The position numbers were made by a program, and so were the translations under genes. Under the pieces are notes generated by a model that worked only from the letters and a program-made list of their open reading frames with translations, did not search any database and was not told where the DNA came from. A stretch of 63,887 bases of DNA, the filler included, from Klebsormidium nitens (lineage: Eukaryota > Plantae > Klebsormidiophyceae), in NCBI GenBank assembly GCA_000708835.1. It is 5 parts of 5 records of this genome, joined end to end, with 100 filler letters (N's around TTAATTAATTAA, not from the genome) between each part and the next. Parts side by side here need not be neighbours in the genome. Positions count along the whole stretch, not along the records: positions 47,494 to 58,984 come from DF237974.1; positions 59,085 to 61,733 come from DF237910.1; 3 more parts are not named here. The stretch is one strand, 5' to 3'. Positions within the stretch are counted from its first letter, which is position 1. Every line of letters begins with the position of its first letter. This document shows positions 47,494 through 59,399 of the stretch, piece by piece.

Positions 47494-50400
47494 GTCCAAC
47501 CGTCACAGATGTGCTGGAAAGCGGGGTTCCTGATAGGCCGCGGCGGGGCAGCCGGCATAGCCAGCGCGCGCCCACTGCGGTCGAAGATATATGTCGTGAC
47601 TGTCATCAGTTCTATGTTGTATTGATCAAGTCGGCGTCGAGCTGTCTCAGCTTCCAGACGCGAAATCGGTGTCTTGATATGCAAGGGCATAACGGCCCCG
47701 ACATAGCCGCGAATCACTGCTGTGTACGCATGCAGCGGGGAGCGGCCGTACTCAATCGGGAATTTCACACCGAAGGTAGGCGCTGCGCTCGCTGTCTGTG
47801 TTCGGGTCCACATAATACTTCACCCGCTGCTTGCGGGGGTTCGGAATAATGCTGGCCGGTCCGATGACACTCATCCCAATCAGTGTGTCAAGCAGATCGT
47901 GGGATGCAATCACCACGTGCGCCATAACAGTGACTATGTCAGGGGTGCATGGGTTCAGCTCGAAGCTGACCGGCTCAAGTGTTCGATCCAAGCGGTCGGA
48001 CAGGTGTCCCGTTGCACCGCGGATCACAATCGCTCTGCGGCGAATCATGTCAGGGGTAATCCCCATTGCCTTGGCACCGGAGGGGCCAATAATGACGGCC
48101 TGAGCGCCAGAATACAGAATCAAGTTCGGCACCACGCGCCCGTTCACAAGGAGGGCAGGCTGCGGGCCGGAGTTATCAATCCGAGGTGACCTGTGGAACC
48201 CCGCGGTCGGGTCACTGTGGTACGCCCCTGGCAGCTTCCCTAGGAGCGCCAATTCGGGGGTTCTCTGGATCGTCAATGTTGTCTGCAGCCGGCTCTGGGG
48301 GCGAACCTAAGGCAGCTGGTGCCTGGTCGGCTTCTTGCAGCGCGGGCGCAGTGTCCACTGGGGCAGTCGGCCCGTAAATGACTCCCTGTCGGCGTGGATC
48401 GTCCGACGGCAGCTCCTGAAGGCCCTGAGGCAGAATCCGTGTTCTGGTTGTCCCCTGGGCTGCGCTCTTAGCAGCGTCTTCTGGTGCAGTCTCTTTCTGC
48501 TTTTGTTTAGCCAGCGCGGCAACCTCCGGCGCGGCCGTCTGGGCGGAATCCGGCTCTGCGCGCTGCTCAGCTTCGGCTGGCTCGGCAGGCTCGGGTCTGG
48601 TCGGACTGGAAGTTCGAATAAAGTCCTTGGGCAGAAAGCCCAGCGGCATGTCAGCGAGACGGCCGCGACGTCGTTCGTTCTTAGGGGCCCAGTGTCGTGT
48701 GGGGCCACTGTGCAGCTTAGGTGCGGCCTGGCGTGAGGCTGTTGGCCTACTAACTGGCTGCTGCTTGCCCGTTCTGGTTGCGGCGCGCGCTGACATCACG
48801 CAGGCGCCGTATCCTGTGACGCGTCCATAGTGGGCGTCCCAGAGCTCCTGAAGCTCCTCAAGTGTGGGCTCGGCCGGATCCCTGGGCTCGTTCTTCTGAG
48901 CGGCCGGGGCCTGCGCGGCGCGAGCGTTCGCAAGGGGCGGCGCTGATGGCGCCCCGTGCTGTAGGGCCTTGCATTCGGCCGTGTCATGGGTACTGGAGTT
49001 GTGATGCTTGCACCACTTCTTCAACGCGCCGGGCACCTGCCGCTTGGCGCGCTTTATTGCGCAGTGAGAAGCCCAGTGGCCGAATTCTCCGCATTTGTAA
49101 AACTTGCTCTTAGCCTTCGCTGAGCCGCCGCGCTGTGACTCTGCAGCTGCGTTGGCCTGAACCACTGGGGCGATATGGCCCTTTTGCGCCGAGGGTGACC
49201 GGCAATTCCTAGCGATGTGACCGAACTGGCCGCAATTGTGGCATTTGCGGTTGTCAGCGGCCCTTTCGGCGGGGCCAGCCGACTTCGCGGCGGAGCCGCG
49301 TCCCGCATCACTGTGTGTGCTCGGCTGAGAGGCCGAACCTCAGAGCGCTTCTGTGCAGCGCTTCTTCTCCACGCGGATTGCCACCTTGCTAATCTGGTCG
49401 ACTGTCAGGTCGTCGTCACCAGTATCCTCAGCCCATACAATTCTCCGAATTTCACCGCGAAACTGCTTCGGCTCAATTGCATCGAGCAGCTTCTGGGCGG
49501 CCATGCCCTCTGGTCCCTGTAAGACAGTCATGAGCGTCTTCATCCTCTGAGTGAGGCTCGACATGCTCTCATTCGTCTGCATGCGGAAGTTATTGAACTC
49601 GTTTATTTGCGCAGTGGACTTCTCTGGAAAGAGGTCCTTGATCATGGCCCAGAAATGGCCAACCGGGTCGTCATATACTTCGAGGACCGCTGGTTTCTGC
49701 GCCTTGACCGGCGCAGTCGCGGCTGCGCGCTCGGTCGCTCCAAGCGCATCATGCCTCTCTTTGTCACGCTCATATTCGACGAGCTCGCGCTCAAATGCGC
49801 GGAGGCGCGCCTCATTCCATTTGTCCAAATCGTCGGCCATGCGGCTCTCAAGCTCGCCGGCGCAATCGCGAGCCTGACCCGAGGTCAGCTCAACAAGGAA
49901 ATAGAAGTAGTCATTCTCATTCAGATTCTCTGTATTTGGTCGTAGCTTTAACTTTGGCATCATCGTCTTATAGCTCTGTCGCAAATGCGACACACTCATC
50001 CCGGCTGGCCCACCGGTAAAGCGGCCAGCACCATGCTGCGCATGCATATTATCCATGCTGTCGTCGGTTTCGACAACCCAATTCACAGGATTCAAATCGG
50101 AATTGTGCAATGCGCTCGATTCGGCAGGGGGTAGCACACTAGGACTCTCAACAATATAATCACTGTCAATGTCAGCAATATACGATTGAGCCGTGTATCT
50201 GACTCGACCCTACTCTCGATCGCTCTCTCTTCCTGTCGATGGTGCATGTTTCTAAAGTTATAACGGTGCATCAATTCGACCAAGCGACGCTTATGCTGTC
50301 CAAGCGCGTACGCTAACCCTAGGGAGCGGCACTGTAACCTGTCTCCCCCCCCTGCCGCGACCTTGTCTGATCACAGGCACTTGGGTATGGTTGCTGGTCT

Positions 50401-52521
50401 TGCGCGCACATCTGGAACGAGGCAACGTGGCAAGATGGTCAGAAATCTGGCGGACTTGCTCAAAGAGGGTCCAGCCCAATCTCACAAGGCGAACTCCCTT
50501 CAAGAAGGTTTCAACGCAAGAGTACAAAACAGGGTTTCGGCTAATCCAAAACCAAAATTGGCGACTCGCTTCCAAAGAAGGGTCATCACATGGGCGAACT
50601 CACAACGAAGGGTTCAGCACCTGACCGCGAATCGTCCCAACGGGGTTCAGTTGGTCTCAAAAACTCGATGTAGTCGTTGGCAATGTAGTCTCAGAGCCCC
50701 ACAACAAGCAAGTACGGCCACGCCCCCCGAAGTTACAAGACCTCGTCAAGACCCCAGGGTTGTACTGGTTGTCAGCGTGTGTTATTTACCGTACCCTGTT
50801 TCACAAATCCCAACGCCGGCATCAGGCGCGGGACGCTATCTAGCTTACGAGGCGTTCATCTAGCAAGCAGAGCCAATTGGCTCGAATAAACGTGTCTGCT
50901 CACAATATGTGACTGGCGCGCTGCAGTCGCTTGTGCAACTGGCGATGTACTGTGACTGGCTGCAGTTGGCACCAACCCACAACAGCGCGTAAGGCCTGCC
51001 GACGCCTTGTGTGATTGCGCCTGGCGCTTCAGCAGACTCTCCAGTACCGTACACCTGAAGTCCAGCTTGGCGCGCGCGCGCTCAGGCAGGCCCTGTCTGA
51101 CGCCTGCGTACCCGCACAGAAAGCGAATCGGCGCTGCACGCCCTACAAGGCGGCAGCCGTTAGAATGGGGCAGCGCCCCTCCTTTCTGGTGCGCTGCTGG
51201 CACACAATCCTCTGTAACACTGTCCGATTGCGTCCAATCAGCCTGTCCCTGACATGACATACACAACGAACCTCTAGAAAGACGACACGCAATCAGCCCT
51301 GCCGCCACTCCATGCTGCTGTCAAGTCGGTCTCAGCAAGAAACCCTATCAAAAGAAATGACGCCAAAAAGCCCCTGGCCAAGCCACACCTGAACCTGACG
51401 TGCCCTCAATGCTCTGTAACCCTCTGAAAACTCTAGCACGACGCTGTCTAGAAGGTGTCCAAGATCAGCCCAGCAGTGCGGCTCCGAAATAACCACACCT
51501 TGTGCACCCTCTGAGCGTCTTCCTGAGCGCAAAGACTCAGAACTGTAACAATCTGCGACACTGAACAGGCTGCACTGTCGGCAGCCCTGGCGCCACCAAA
51601 ATCAGCCCGAAAGCACCAAAACAAATCCCCAGTCTCAGGAAAAGTCTGGCGCCCAACACTTGTAGCGCAACCACCACCAAAACAATCTCAAATCCCTGGC
51701 AAGTTACAGCCAATCCTCTAGCTCAAAATCAGCAATGCGCGGACAAGCCACGTATGCAAACCTGGCCGGTAATGATTAGCAGATTACCACCACCGCTGAA
51801 AAGCGGCGGAGGCTCTAGCGTATTTAGAGCCCCCAACTCAATGCGATGTCTGTGCAATCAAAAGCCACTAATATCACCACTCAAATGGCGGCAGTGTCAA
51901 AACCCTCCAAACCAAGTGAACAAGCAATGAGGTGCCCAAATCCCTCGATGTCACCCAAGAAGAAAAGCCTGCTGCTGGGAACTTTCTGTCCCACAGAACT
52001 TACTGTCCCTCTTGCCAGATGGCTGCGTATGCGTATGTGTGTGTGCGCCCCCACGTCAACTTGAAGGGGCAAACCTTCTTCCCTCTCCTTCCGGCTCCTC
52101 GTGAGCCAAGGATTCTTCTCGCGAGTCCAAGGTTGGAACTCACGACAAGGTTGTGTCGAGAAGTGCAAGGAGAGAGGTGAATGCTAAGTAGACTAATAGG
52201 ATGCAAGCATGGGTGACCATGTCCGAAGGCGCCAAGAGCTCCTCTAATCTCGCTAGAAGACCATTCTTCTGTATGGCGTGGTCTGAGGCTAACCGTAAGA
52301 CTAGCCTATCGAATCGAATACTAGCAGACTGAGATGTGACTCAAGTCGTAGCTTACTGTAAACATGCAATAAAGTCTGCGATAACCTGCTAAGGTAACCG
52401 TGTCTCTGCAAACCAGCTCGTAAGCTATCAAACGGGGTCATACTCTATACGATAACAAGCAAATCATGCAATAAGCTCTGCCTACCGAGGCTCTGCAATG
52501 CCGATGTCATACGGCGTGACA
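47494..52521 (-). mobile_element. Decayed Ty3/gypsy-type LTR retrotransposon (putative 5' LTR, long leader, gag, protease; 3' part lost in gap)
   Basis: The gag frame runs 50137-48212 with an in-frame TGA at 49340. It has a retrotransposon-gag-like core (FRMQTNESMSSLTQRMKTL) and Zn knuckles CHNCGQFGHIARNC, FYKCGEFGHWASHC and WCKHHNSSTHDTAEC. The retropepsin ORF 48276-47752 has LILYSGAQ (catalytic D changed to Y). A putative LTR runs TGTCACG...GGACA (52521-52220), followed by TGGTCACCC. Confidence 0.8.
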
Positions 52522-53212
52522 GGTGAGGACTTTTTAGGTCAGCTTTATTTCTATACAGGCGACGGTGTATTTCAAGTTTTGAACACTTTATGGTGAGATG
52601 GACGAGATCATTGCTAGCTGACGCATATAGACGTTTAGCACTGTCATTGTTCATATAAGAAGGCTTTTATAAGAACGTTTCATGACACATGAAACAGGTG
52701 TGATGTGGCATGACCCACTACGCTGTACAGCATGGTTTCCGTTCGGATTTTGTATGCCTTCCTCGCGGTCGCGGCATAGTTACTGAGGCATGGAATTCAT
52801 GCAGTTGCAGGATGAAGAACATATGCATGGAAACCGTATCGCGTCCACACGAAGACCGTCAAAGCATGTCGCATGGAAACCATACGAAGTCCGACCGCCC
52901 GATAATTGCACGGAAATCAAATGAGAATATGTCGGGTTTTCGAGCGCTAGAAGCTCGTACGCTTTCTATATATGGAAACCGGGGGGGGGGGGGGTGTTTT
53001 GTGATGACTAAGCCCGACACGAAGGTGACGGCGATGGCGCGCGCGGCGATGCCTTCTCCCCCACAAACGCGACGCGCCCGACATGAGCAGTTCAACGCGG
53101 ACTTTCAAGCTGCTGCCAAGTAGACCACCCAAGCTGGGGGGGCGGTAGAGCAAGGGGATAGTGAAGTACTACTGTAGTGCCCCGAGACCGCCACGTAGCG
53201 GTTAGCACCACC

Positions 53213-53939
53213 CATAGCGTTCTAGAAGTAGCGCGCGACCATGCCCTAACTCGAAGGCCGTAGAAGCCACCACTCCAGATCTCAAAAAAGATTGCCGCGC
53301 AGAATAAGGTAGTTTCAGCCGTCAAAAAGTCCATCGACAGTGCAAACGTGCCTCAGCCAGGCAGCAGGCAGGAAATAGTGTTTTTTGCGGGGCAAAAATG
53401 CTCTGCGCGTGCACAGTGTGGCTGCGCGTGAATAGTGTGCATTTTACCATACCGTCGCTCGAGCAGAATGTTACCGGAGGCCACGCGTCGCATCCATCGA
53501 CTGCCAAATATACCACGCAGTCCAAACCTGTCAGATTGCGCAGAGGTACCGTACGGTTACAGAGTCCAGCCTCTACGGTCAATGTACAACTAATTTGACT
53601 TTGGGCGGTAGCTATAGACCGCCGTGCGAAAACTCGTAGAGGCCGCGCCGATTACAAATTGTTGCCAGTGACTCGACTCGGCCGGTCGCGACTCGCACGG
53701 TGGAACATTCACCGAGGGTAGACTCTGAGTGTCACGGCAATATGAAATGGCGGTCGGACATAGTGGTCGGAAGCAATTTGATTTCCCGGTCCTTGTGTTT
53801 GGAGCTCAGCTGCCCCTAACTTCACTGGCGCCGAACCTTATCGTGCGAACGAATCTTATCCAAAGTCCCCGACCACTTCTCCATCAAGCAACCGGGCTGA
53901 GTTAGGGGCATGGTCGCATGCTACTTCTAGAACGCTATG
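53213..53939. repeat. About 40-bp inverted repeats flanking a 650-bp non-coding segment (non-autonomous DNA transposon-like)
   Basis: catagcgttctagaagtagcgcgcgaccatgccctaactc (53213-53252) matches the reverse complement of 53899-53939 (catagcgttctagaagtagcatgcgaccatgcccctaactc) with 2 substitutions and 1 indel. Confidence 0.85.
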
Positions 53940-56744
53940 ACCGGTAAAGAAGTTGTGGTTAGAATGCGAGTAGGCGCGCGAGTAGGCGTTAACGCGGCCG
54001 CCGCAAGTGTGTCAGGGTTTGAGTGGACCTCAGGCGTTGACGGCAACGATGACGATCACTAGTCCTTAGAGTCGTTCGATAGATTGAAGTAATTGAGAAC
54101 CACCAATAGAAAGATACGCTGGACAGTCATTGGTCGAGGCAAAGTGGTGTTTCGTAGACTTCGCGTTTTTAGAGCAACACTTTGAAAGGATCTAAGAAGA
54201 CGGTATCGAGGAAGACGTATGTTTGCTTAATCCTCACCAGATCTTGACTTGAGTAGACACAATTGAATCTGCGCTTGTTTGATTGCTTGTTTGAGAGGCG
54301 CTTCCTTCTAATAGCGTTTTGATTAGGGACACTTGTCTTTGTAGCGTTTGGTTGGCGTTTCTGCCAGTATTGCATACTTGTAAGCTTGTCAAGCATTCCG
54401 GGACGCCTTATACCCCGCAACCTGAACGACGCCGGTTCTCAACCTCATACCCTCTTGCGACCTGCCTGTCATATCACTTGGTTCTGAGCTCGATCAGACT
54501 TCACCGCGAATGTGCTGCATTGCAACGTGGTGAATGCACAGTAGTCCACACAACGTAGACACTGCCATTGGTGAGCTTATGCGAGTTGTGACTTATTGTT
54601 TGGTTCGTTGCTTCACATAACTGCTAGCTGGAGTGGCACTCCCGTGTGTGATGCTTGATTGTGGTAGTATCGCACTTGTCTGGTTAGCTTTGCATGGGCC
54701 CCACGCTACATTCCGCTGCCTGCTAATCAATAGTTAGCTTGTCTGTACTATCCACGCTGAATTACACTGACGATTAATTGTGGGTCAGTATCACTTAGAG
54801 CCATCCGGTAGTGGGAAGTAGTAGTGACGTTTGTTATAGACTGCTAGTGGTCTCATCGTTCCGGTGATCTTCCCCAGTGTATCACAGTCTTACATCACTA
54901 ACCTCAGGGTCCGAAATTCTAGAAAAGACGTCATTTTGGAACTGACAAGAAAAAAACGATATTGTTCCAGCCAATATCTTAGACATCTTCCTGATGTGAC
55001 CAAAAAAAATTTAGCTTGGTTTTTTTGGTTTACAAAAAACCAGCTATCGTTTTTCCCCCCAGCGTTTGAAAACCCCGAACGTGAGCACCTTAGCTTGGAT
55101 CACTCAGATAAGCCAAATTTATGCGTCGAAAGACACTTTCGCCCCATACTATTCCTTGGAATGATCGACCCGAACTTTCGATGGTTCGATGCAAACTGCT
55201 GTTCAAATTTCTTTTTTTCGCACGTGTAAGGCTCTTTTCGAGCGCGTTCATTTGTGCATTCTGCGGACATGCCAGGCTGAGGCTCGTCTTCAGTGCGGAC
55301 TCGAATCTTGAGATACGGTGACTCGTGAGGCCGTGGCCCGTCCTACGGTCCAAATGAGCTTCAATTTTGCACGCTTGAAGTAACTTTCAACACGTGCAGC
55401 TGAGTGTATTCCGTACGCAAAGTCGGTAAGCAGGGGCGCGCCGCTCTGCGTATCACGAACACCGGGCTCCATGCGCTCAATTTCGCTAGAGGAAAGTGCC
55501 CGGGGTCCCGGATTGCTCTTCTCTTATCGACCTTTCTAGATCCGAATCTGCATTTTGACTAACATCAGGTTTTTCAGCTGGCGGTTCACAATTACCGATC
55601 ACTTTTTCAAGCACCGAGAGTCTCCGTGACCCTACCGTCAAATTCGCAACGCCTACTTTTCATTCGATACCTTGGACCCCCTTGAAAACCGAGCATACGT
55701 GGCGTTCCGCCACCGGTCACATTTTTAGCTCGTTTATAGATTTATCTATAACGAAGCTGTCGGAATGGTCGCCGACCTTGAAATGGGAGAAGGCAAAATT
55801 TTATCCGTCGAAGCAAAACACCTGAAGAGCGACCGTGCCGGTTCTCGACAGTCTGAAGCTCGATGAGGCAATATTTTTTTGTCGTGTAGTGCCTCCAACT
55901 CTCTTTTTTTTGACCCGAAGGACGACAAAAACTTCAGACGGTTGAACATTTCACCGTACGCCTTTTTTACTGTAGCCTGCGTGAAGCAGATACAGCGTAG
56001 TTTACTTCCGCGACGAAATTGCGACCGGTTGAGCGCGAAGATTCCGGCGGGAGCACGAACGCTGACGAACCTGCTCCCGGTCGCATCCGGGTGCCAAAGA
56101 TTTAGGTGCCAAAATTTTGCGCGAAGAAATTAAGAATCGGCCGGGGACTTTTGGCCACGCGCGCATTCTCCAAACCTACTATAGGCTCAGCCCGGGCCCG
56201 CTCAGTGATCGGATCGGACGGCCAGTAGCTGTTCAGTAGTATTGGAGTACATCCGTCCGATGGATTCGGACAGCTGGATCGTGCGATGCAGCTAGGTAGA
56301 AGTACTATGGTCCAAATAAGATTTGTCCAATCTGCCCTACGGGGACAGGGGGGCTGAAAGTACAGGCGATGTGGCCACCCCTACTCTGGACACAATCCAT
56401 ATATTAACTATATTATGCTTTAAAGAGTCATCATAACGGTTGATAACGCAATTTATACTGCCACTAAATAGTCGGAATGAGCCCTGTATTGAAATTTGGG
56501 TCAGCGTTCATATAATGTGCATATTCAGATACGTATGCATAACCTATAAACGAGCTCCTAAACGGCGTCCCGCCGTTTCTCATTTTTTTTTTTTTGACAC
56601 ACATATTCGGGGTGAGATGCCTAGCTGCATGACATTGAAAGCAGCCTGACAAGGGTTTTCAAAGCCAGTAAAGAGACTCTTTTCTTCTCTTTTCTGCGTG
56701 AAACTTTGAAGGCCTATCCTGGGCCCGGAGGTTGCCAGAGTTGC

Positions 56745-56968
56745 CTGCGACATTGCGCGACTTTCCGCGATTCTGCGCGACTTTGCGCGACTGCTCCGCG
56801 ACTGTTCCGCGAACTTCGCGACCTTCACCGCGACTTTAACAATCTTTGAAAAGCATGTTTTGGAGCAACTTTATGTTTATATGCCTTGGAATGCTCCGCG
56901 ACGTTTCGCGACTTTTCGCGACTTTCCGCGACCTTCGTTCGCGACTTTGTCCGCGACTCTGCGACCTC
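56745..56968. repeat. Two short arrays of an about 10-11 bp CGCGAC(TTT) motif
   Basis: gcgacattgcgcgactttccgcgattctgcgcgactttgcgcgactgctccgcgact... at 56745-56836, and a second run at about 56898-56968. Confidence 0.85.
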
Positions 56969-57243
56969 CGGGTCCAGGATAGGCCTCGTGAAAACCGGGG
57001 TCATGTCCCTGTGGAGACCAAAAATTCACCAAAAAGAACATGGAGCAGCTGCTACCTGATCAGCCCTCAATCCCTGGTTGTTCCTAGACATGGAATCAAG
57101 CTAGTAGTAGCTGTACACGTCAGAAGGAATGTGCAATCTGCTTTCCGCACTTTCTCCAAAACTTCCTGAATGGCTGGTCGCTCGTAGTAGAAGCTAGGTT
57201 GATTCAATCCAGTTTGACCAACATTACCTGATCAGCAAGCGCA

Positions 57244-58167
57244 ATGGGGTTATCCTTTCAAGAACTGGACGATGATCTGACCTGCATGATTCTTGAGAGG
57301 CTGGTCAAACCGATTGACAAACTGGGCGAAAACCCTCACTACGTCACCAAGGGATTGGGATACCTGGCCAGCGCTGCCTGCGTGTCACGCCGGTACGCGC
57401 GTCTCGTGCGACAGCGCGTGTGGGGGGCAGCGTGCAGGAGAATCACTCTAGAAGTCTGCGCGCAAATTGCAGAGCGCTCAGGAATCGCACTAGCAGGAGA
57501 GAGCAGCATCGGGCCCGGGGGTGCTAGCTGGCTGAGCTTTGCCAAGCTCTTGACCTGGTGCCCTACACAGCTTTCGATAGACCCCAAGTATGCAAGCCTG
57601 GATGAAGATGGACGCGGGGCTCTGTGCAGGGGCATAGGGAGGGACGGGAGGGGGATACATGTGTGTGAGCCTGACTGGAACGTCGCTCCGCATCTCTGCA
57701 AAGACCCGGCGGATCTCGAGATTGTTCCAGGTGGAGAGGTCCTCGCTGATGCGTCCATCTGCGTTGCGCTCTTCTGCTGCACGCATTCCTTTGTTCACAG
57801 GAGGATGTGGTATCCAAGCGTGATGCAGGAGAGGATCGAAAGGAAAGTGTACCGAGGGTTCCATTGCTCTGTTGATGATGTAGCTTCAATATCTTGCATC
57901 AACGGTGGCAGCAATTCTGGTGACGAGCGTGGTTTCTGCTCGTTTTGCACCTCACCTCTGCAGCAGTTTCCTCGGGGGGGTCTCAGTCTGCCAAAGGGCA
58001 CCCCAGCTGACTTCAGAATCTGCGGTGCGGGACATCTTGTGGGTTTGACTGAGCGCGTCGTTCGGGAGGAGGAATTAAGTGACTCTGATTCAGACTGGGA
58101 CAGTGACATTGTCATTGATATGACCGAGCCTTGGATGCCACCTCCCTGGAAAATGAGCTTGGGCTGA
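57244..58167 (+). CDS. Intronless EID1-like F-box protein, 307 aa
   Basis: N-terminal F-box-like LDDDLTCMILERL...AACVSRRYARLVRQRVWGAACR, then SWLSFAKLLTWCP, FCSFCTSPL and C-terminal FRICGAGHLVG...LSDSD. This layout matches the EID1/EDL family. Confidence 0.75.
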   Translation: MGLSFQELDDDLTCMILERLVKPIDKLGENPHYVTKGLGYLASAACVSRRYARLVRQRVWGAACRRITLEVCAQIAERSGIALAGESSIGPGGASWLSFAKLLTWCPTQLSIDPKYASLDEDGRGALCRGIGRDGRGIHVCEPDWNVAPHLCKDPADLEIVPGGEVLADASICVALFCCTHSFVHRRMWYPSVMQERIERKVYRGFHCSVDDVASISCINGGSNSGDERGFCSFCTSPLQQFPRGGLSLPKGTPADFRICGAGHLVGLTERVVREEELSDSDSDWDSDIVIDMTEPWMPPPWKMSLG

Positions 58168-58984
58168 TCGATACAATCTGGAAGAAATCAAGGAATGCAG
58201 AATTTTGACACACCGGTAGACGATGAGGTCGGATGCCCGATAGCAGGTGAAGAGCCCCGATGTAGCACTGTATAATTAGTAGTTCGTAGGTCCTCAAAAT
58301 GCTTGATTCTCGTAAGGTAGCTGTTTCTCAGAAGTGTGTTCGCGGATCAATCTCCAAGCACTACTAAGGATAATGGTTACAGTGTACAAAAGCATTCAAC
58401 GGTAATGCACCTGGGCCTCAGGCTTGACTGCGAGTACGGTTTGTGCACACAGCACAGTGGGGGACATGCACTCAACCTAATATAATCAGCTTCTAATACT
58501 GTCTCTATATTAGGCTAGATTCCGAGTCGACCAGCTGGCATTGGTGGCGGCCCTTCAATTGGCGCCCTCTGAACAAACGTTAGCCGTGAAGCGATTTGGC
58601 CATGGCAGGTCACTCGAGGCGCGCAGTCCGATTTCATGATTGGATGCATGCGTGATGTACTCAGTGAATCCATTTTGCGGTGAGCCTTCTTCTGAACCGA
58701 ACTGCGGCCATAATGATACCAAATGATCGTATGCAGATCGAATCAGGACCGTCTCATGAGTGGATCTGAAGTTTTGGGTTCGAAGATGCAAGCACGGTTT
58801 GTTGAGCACGCAAATCTTTTTCACACTCATGCAGATGCATGATTCAAGGATCTGCCGGATCATTGATGCAAATAACCGGTGCACGGATTCACGTACAGGT
58901 CAATATTGCATGGACGGTGGCGCGCTGCCGCGGCGGTGACTTTCCTATGTCTGTCATGCGGTCTTATGTCGGTGCGATATCATG

Positions 58985-59084
58985 NNNNNNNNNNNNNNNN
59001 NNNNNNNNNNNNNNNNNNNNNNNNNNNNTTAATTAATTAANNNNNNNNNNNNNNNNNNNNNNNNNNNNNNNNNNNNNNNNNNNN
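58985..59084. other. Assembly gap with TTAATTAATTAA linker
   Basis: Artificial 100-nt spacer. Confidence 0.98.
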
Positions 59085-59399
59085 GCGGAGAGATCCCCGG
59101 AGGCGGCCGGCGAGCGCGACACCGCGCCCGCGCCCGCGCCCGATGACGCGCACGCGCCCGCCAGCGACCGCGGCCGCGTCGCACGCACGATTTCCAAAAC
59201 CGACCCAAAAAGGCAAGTTTCGGAAACGGTGCGAGAGAGCAGAGCAGAGCCGGAAGAGATTGCGGAGGACATAGGGATGCCAACACCGGCTGCTCAGAGG
59301 TACCCCGCGCGTGAGAGACACGCGCCTGGGGAGTGGTATCGCGCATGTCATGCCGTGTGCTGTCGTTGCCGTGAGGGCTCGGCTATAGGGCTTTATGCC

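Noticed and set aside
51647-51657. TGGCGCCCAAC, matching a tRNA-Lys primer-binding site
   Set aside because: It is on the strand opposite to gag, matches only 11 nt, and has no adjacent LTR end.
53860-56153. Possible 21-bp inverted repeat (cggggactttgg core)
   Set aside because: Too short and mismatched, with no TSD.
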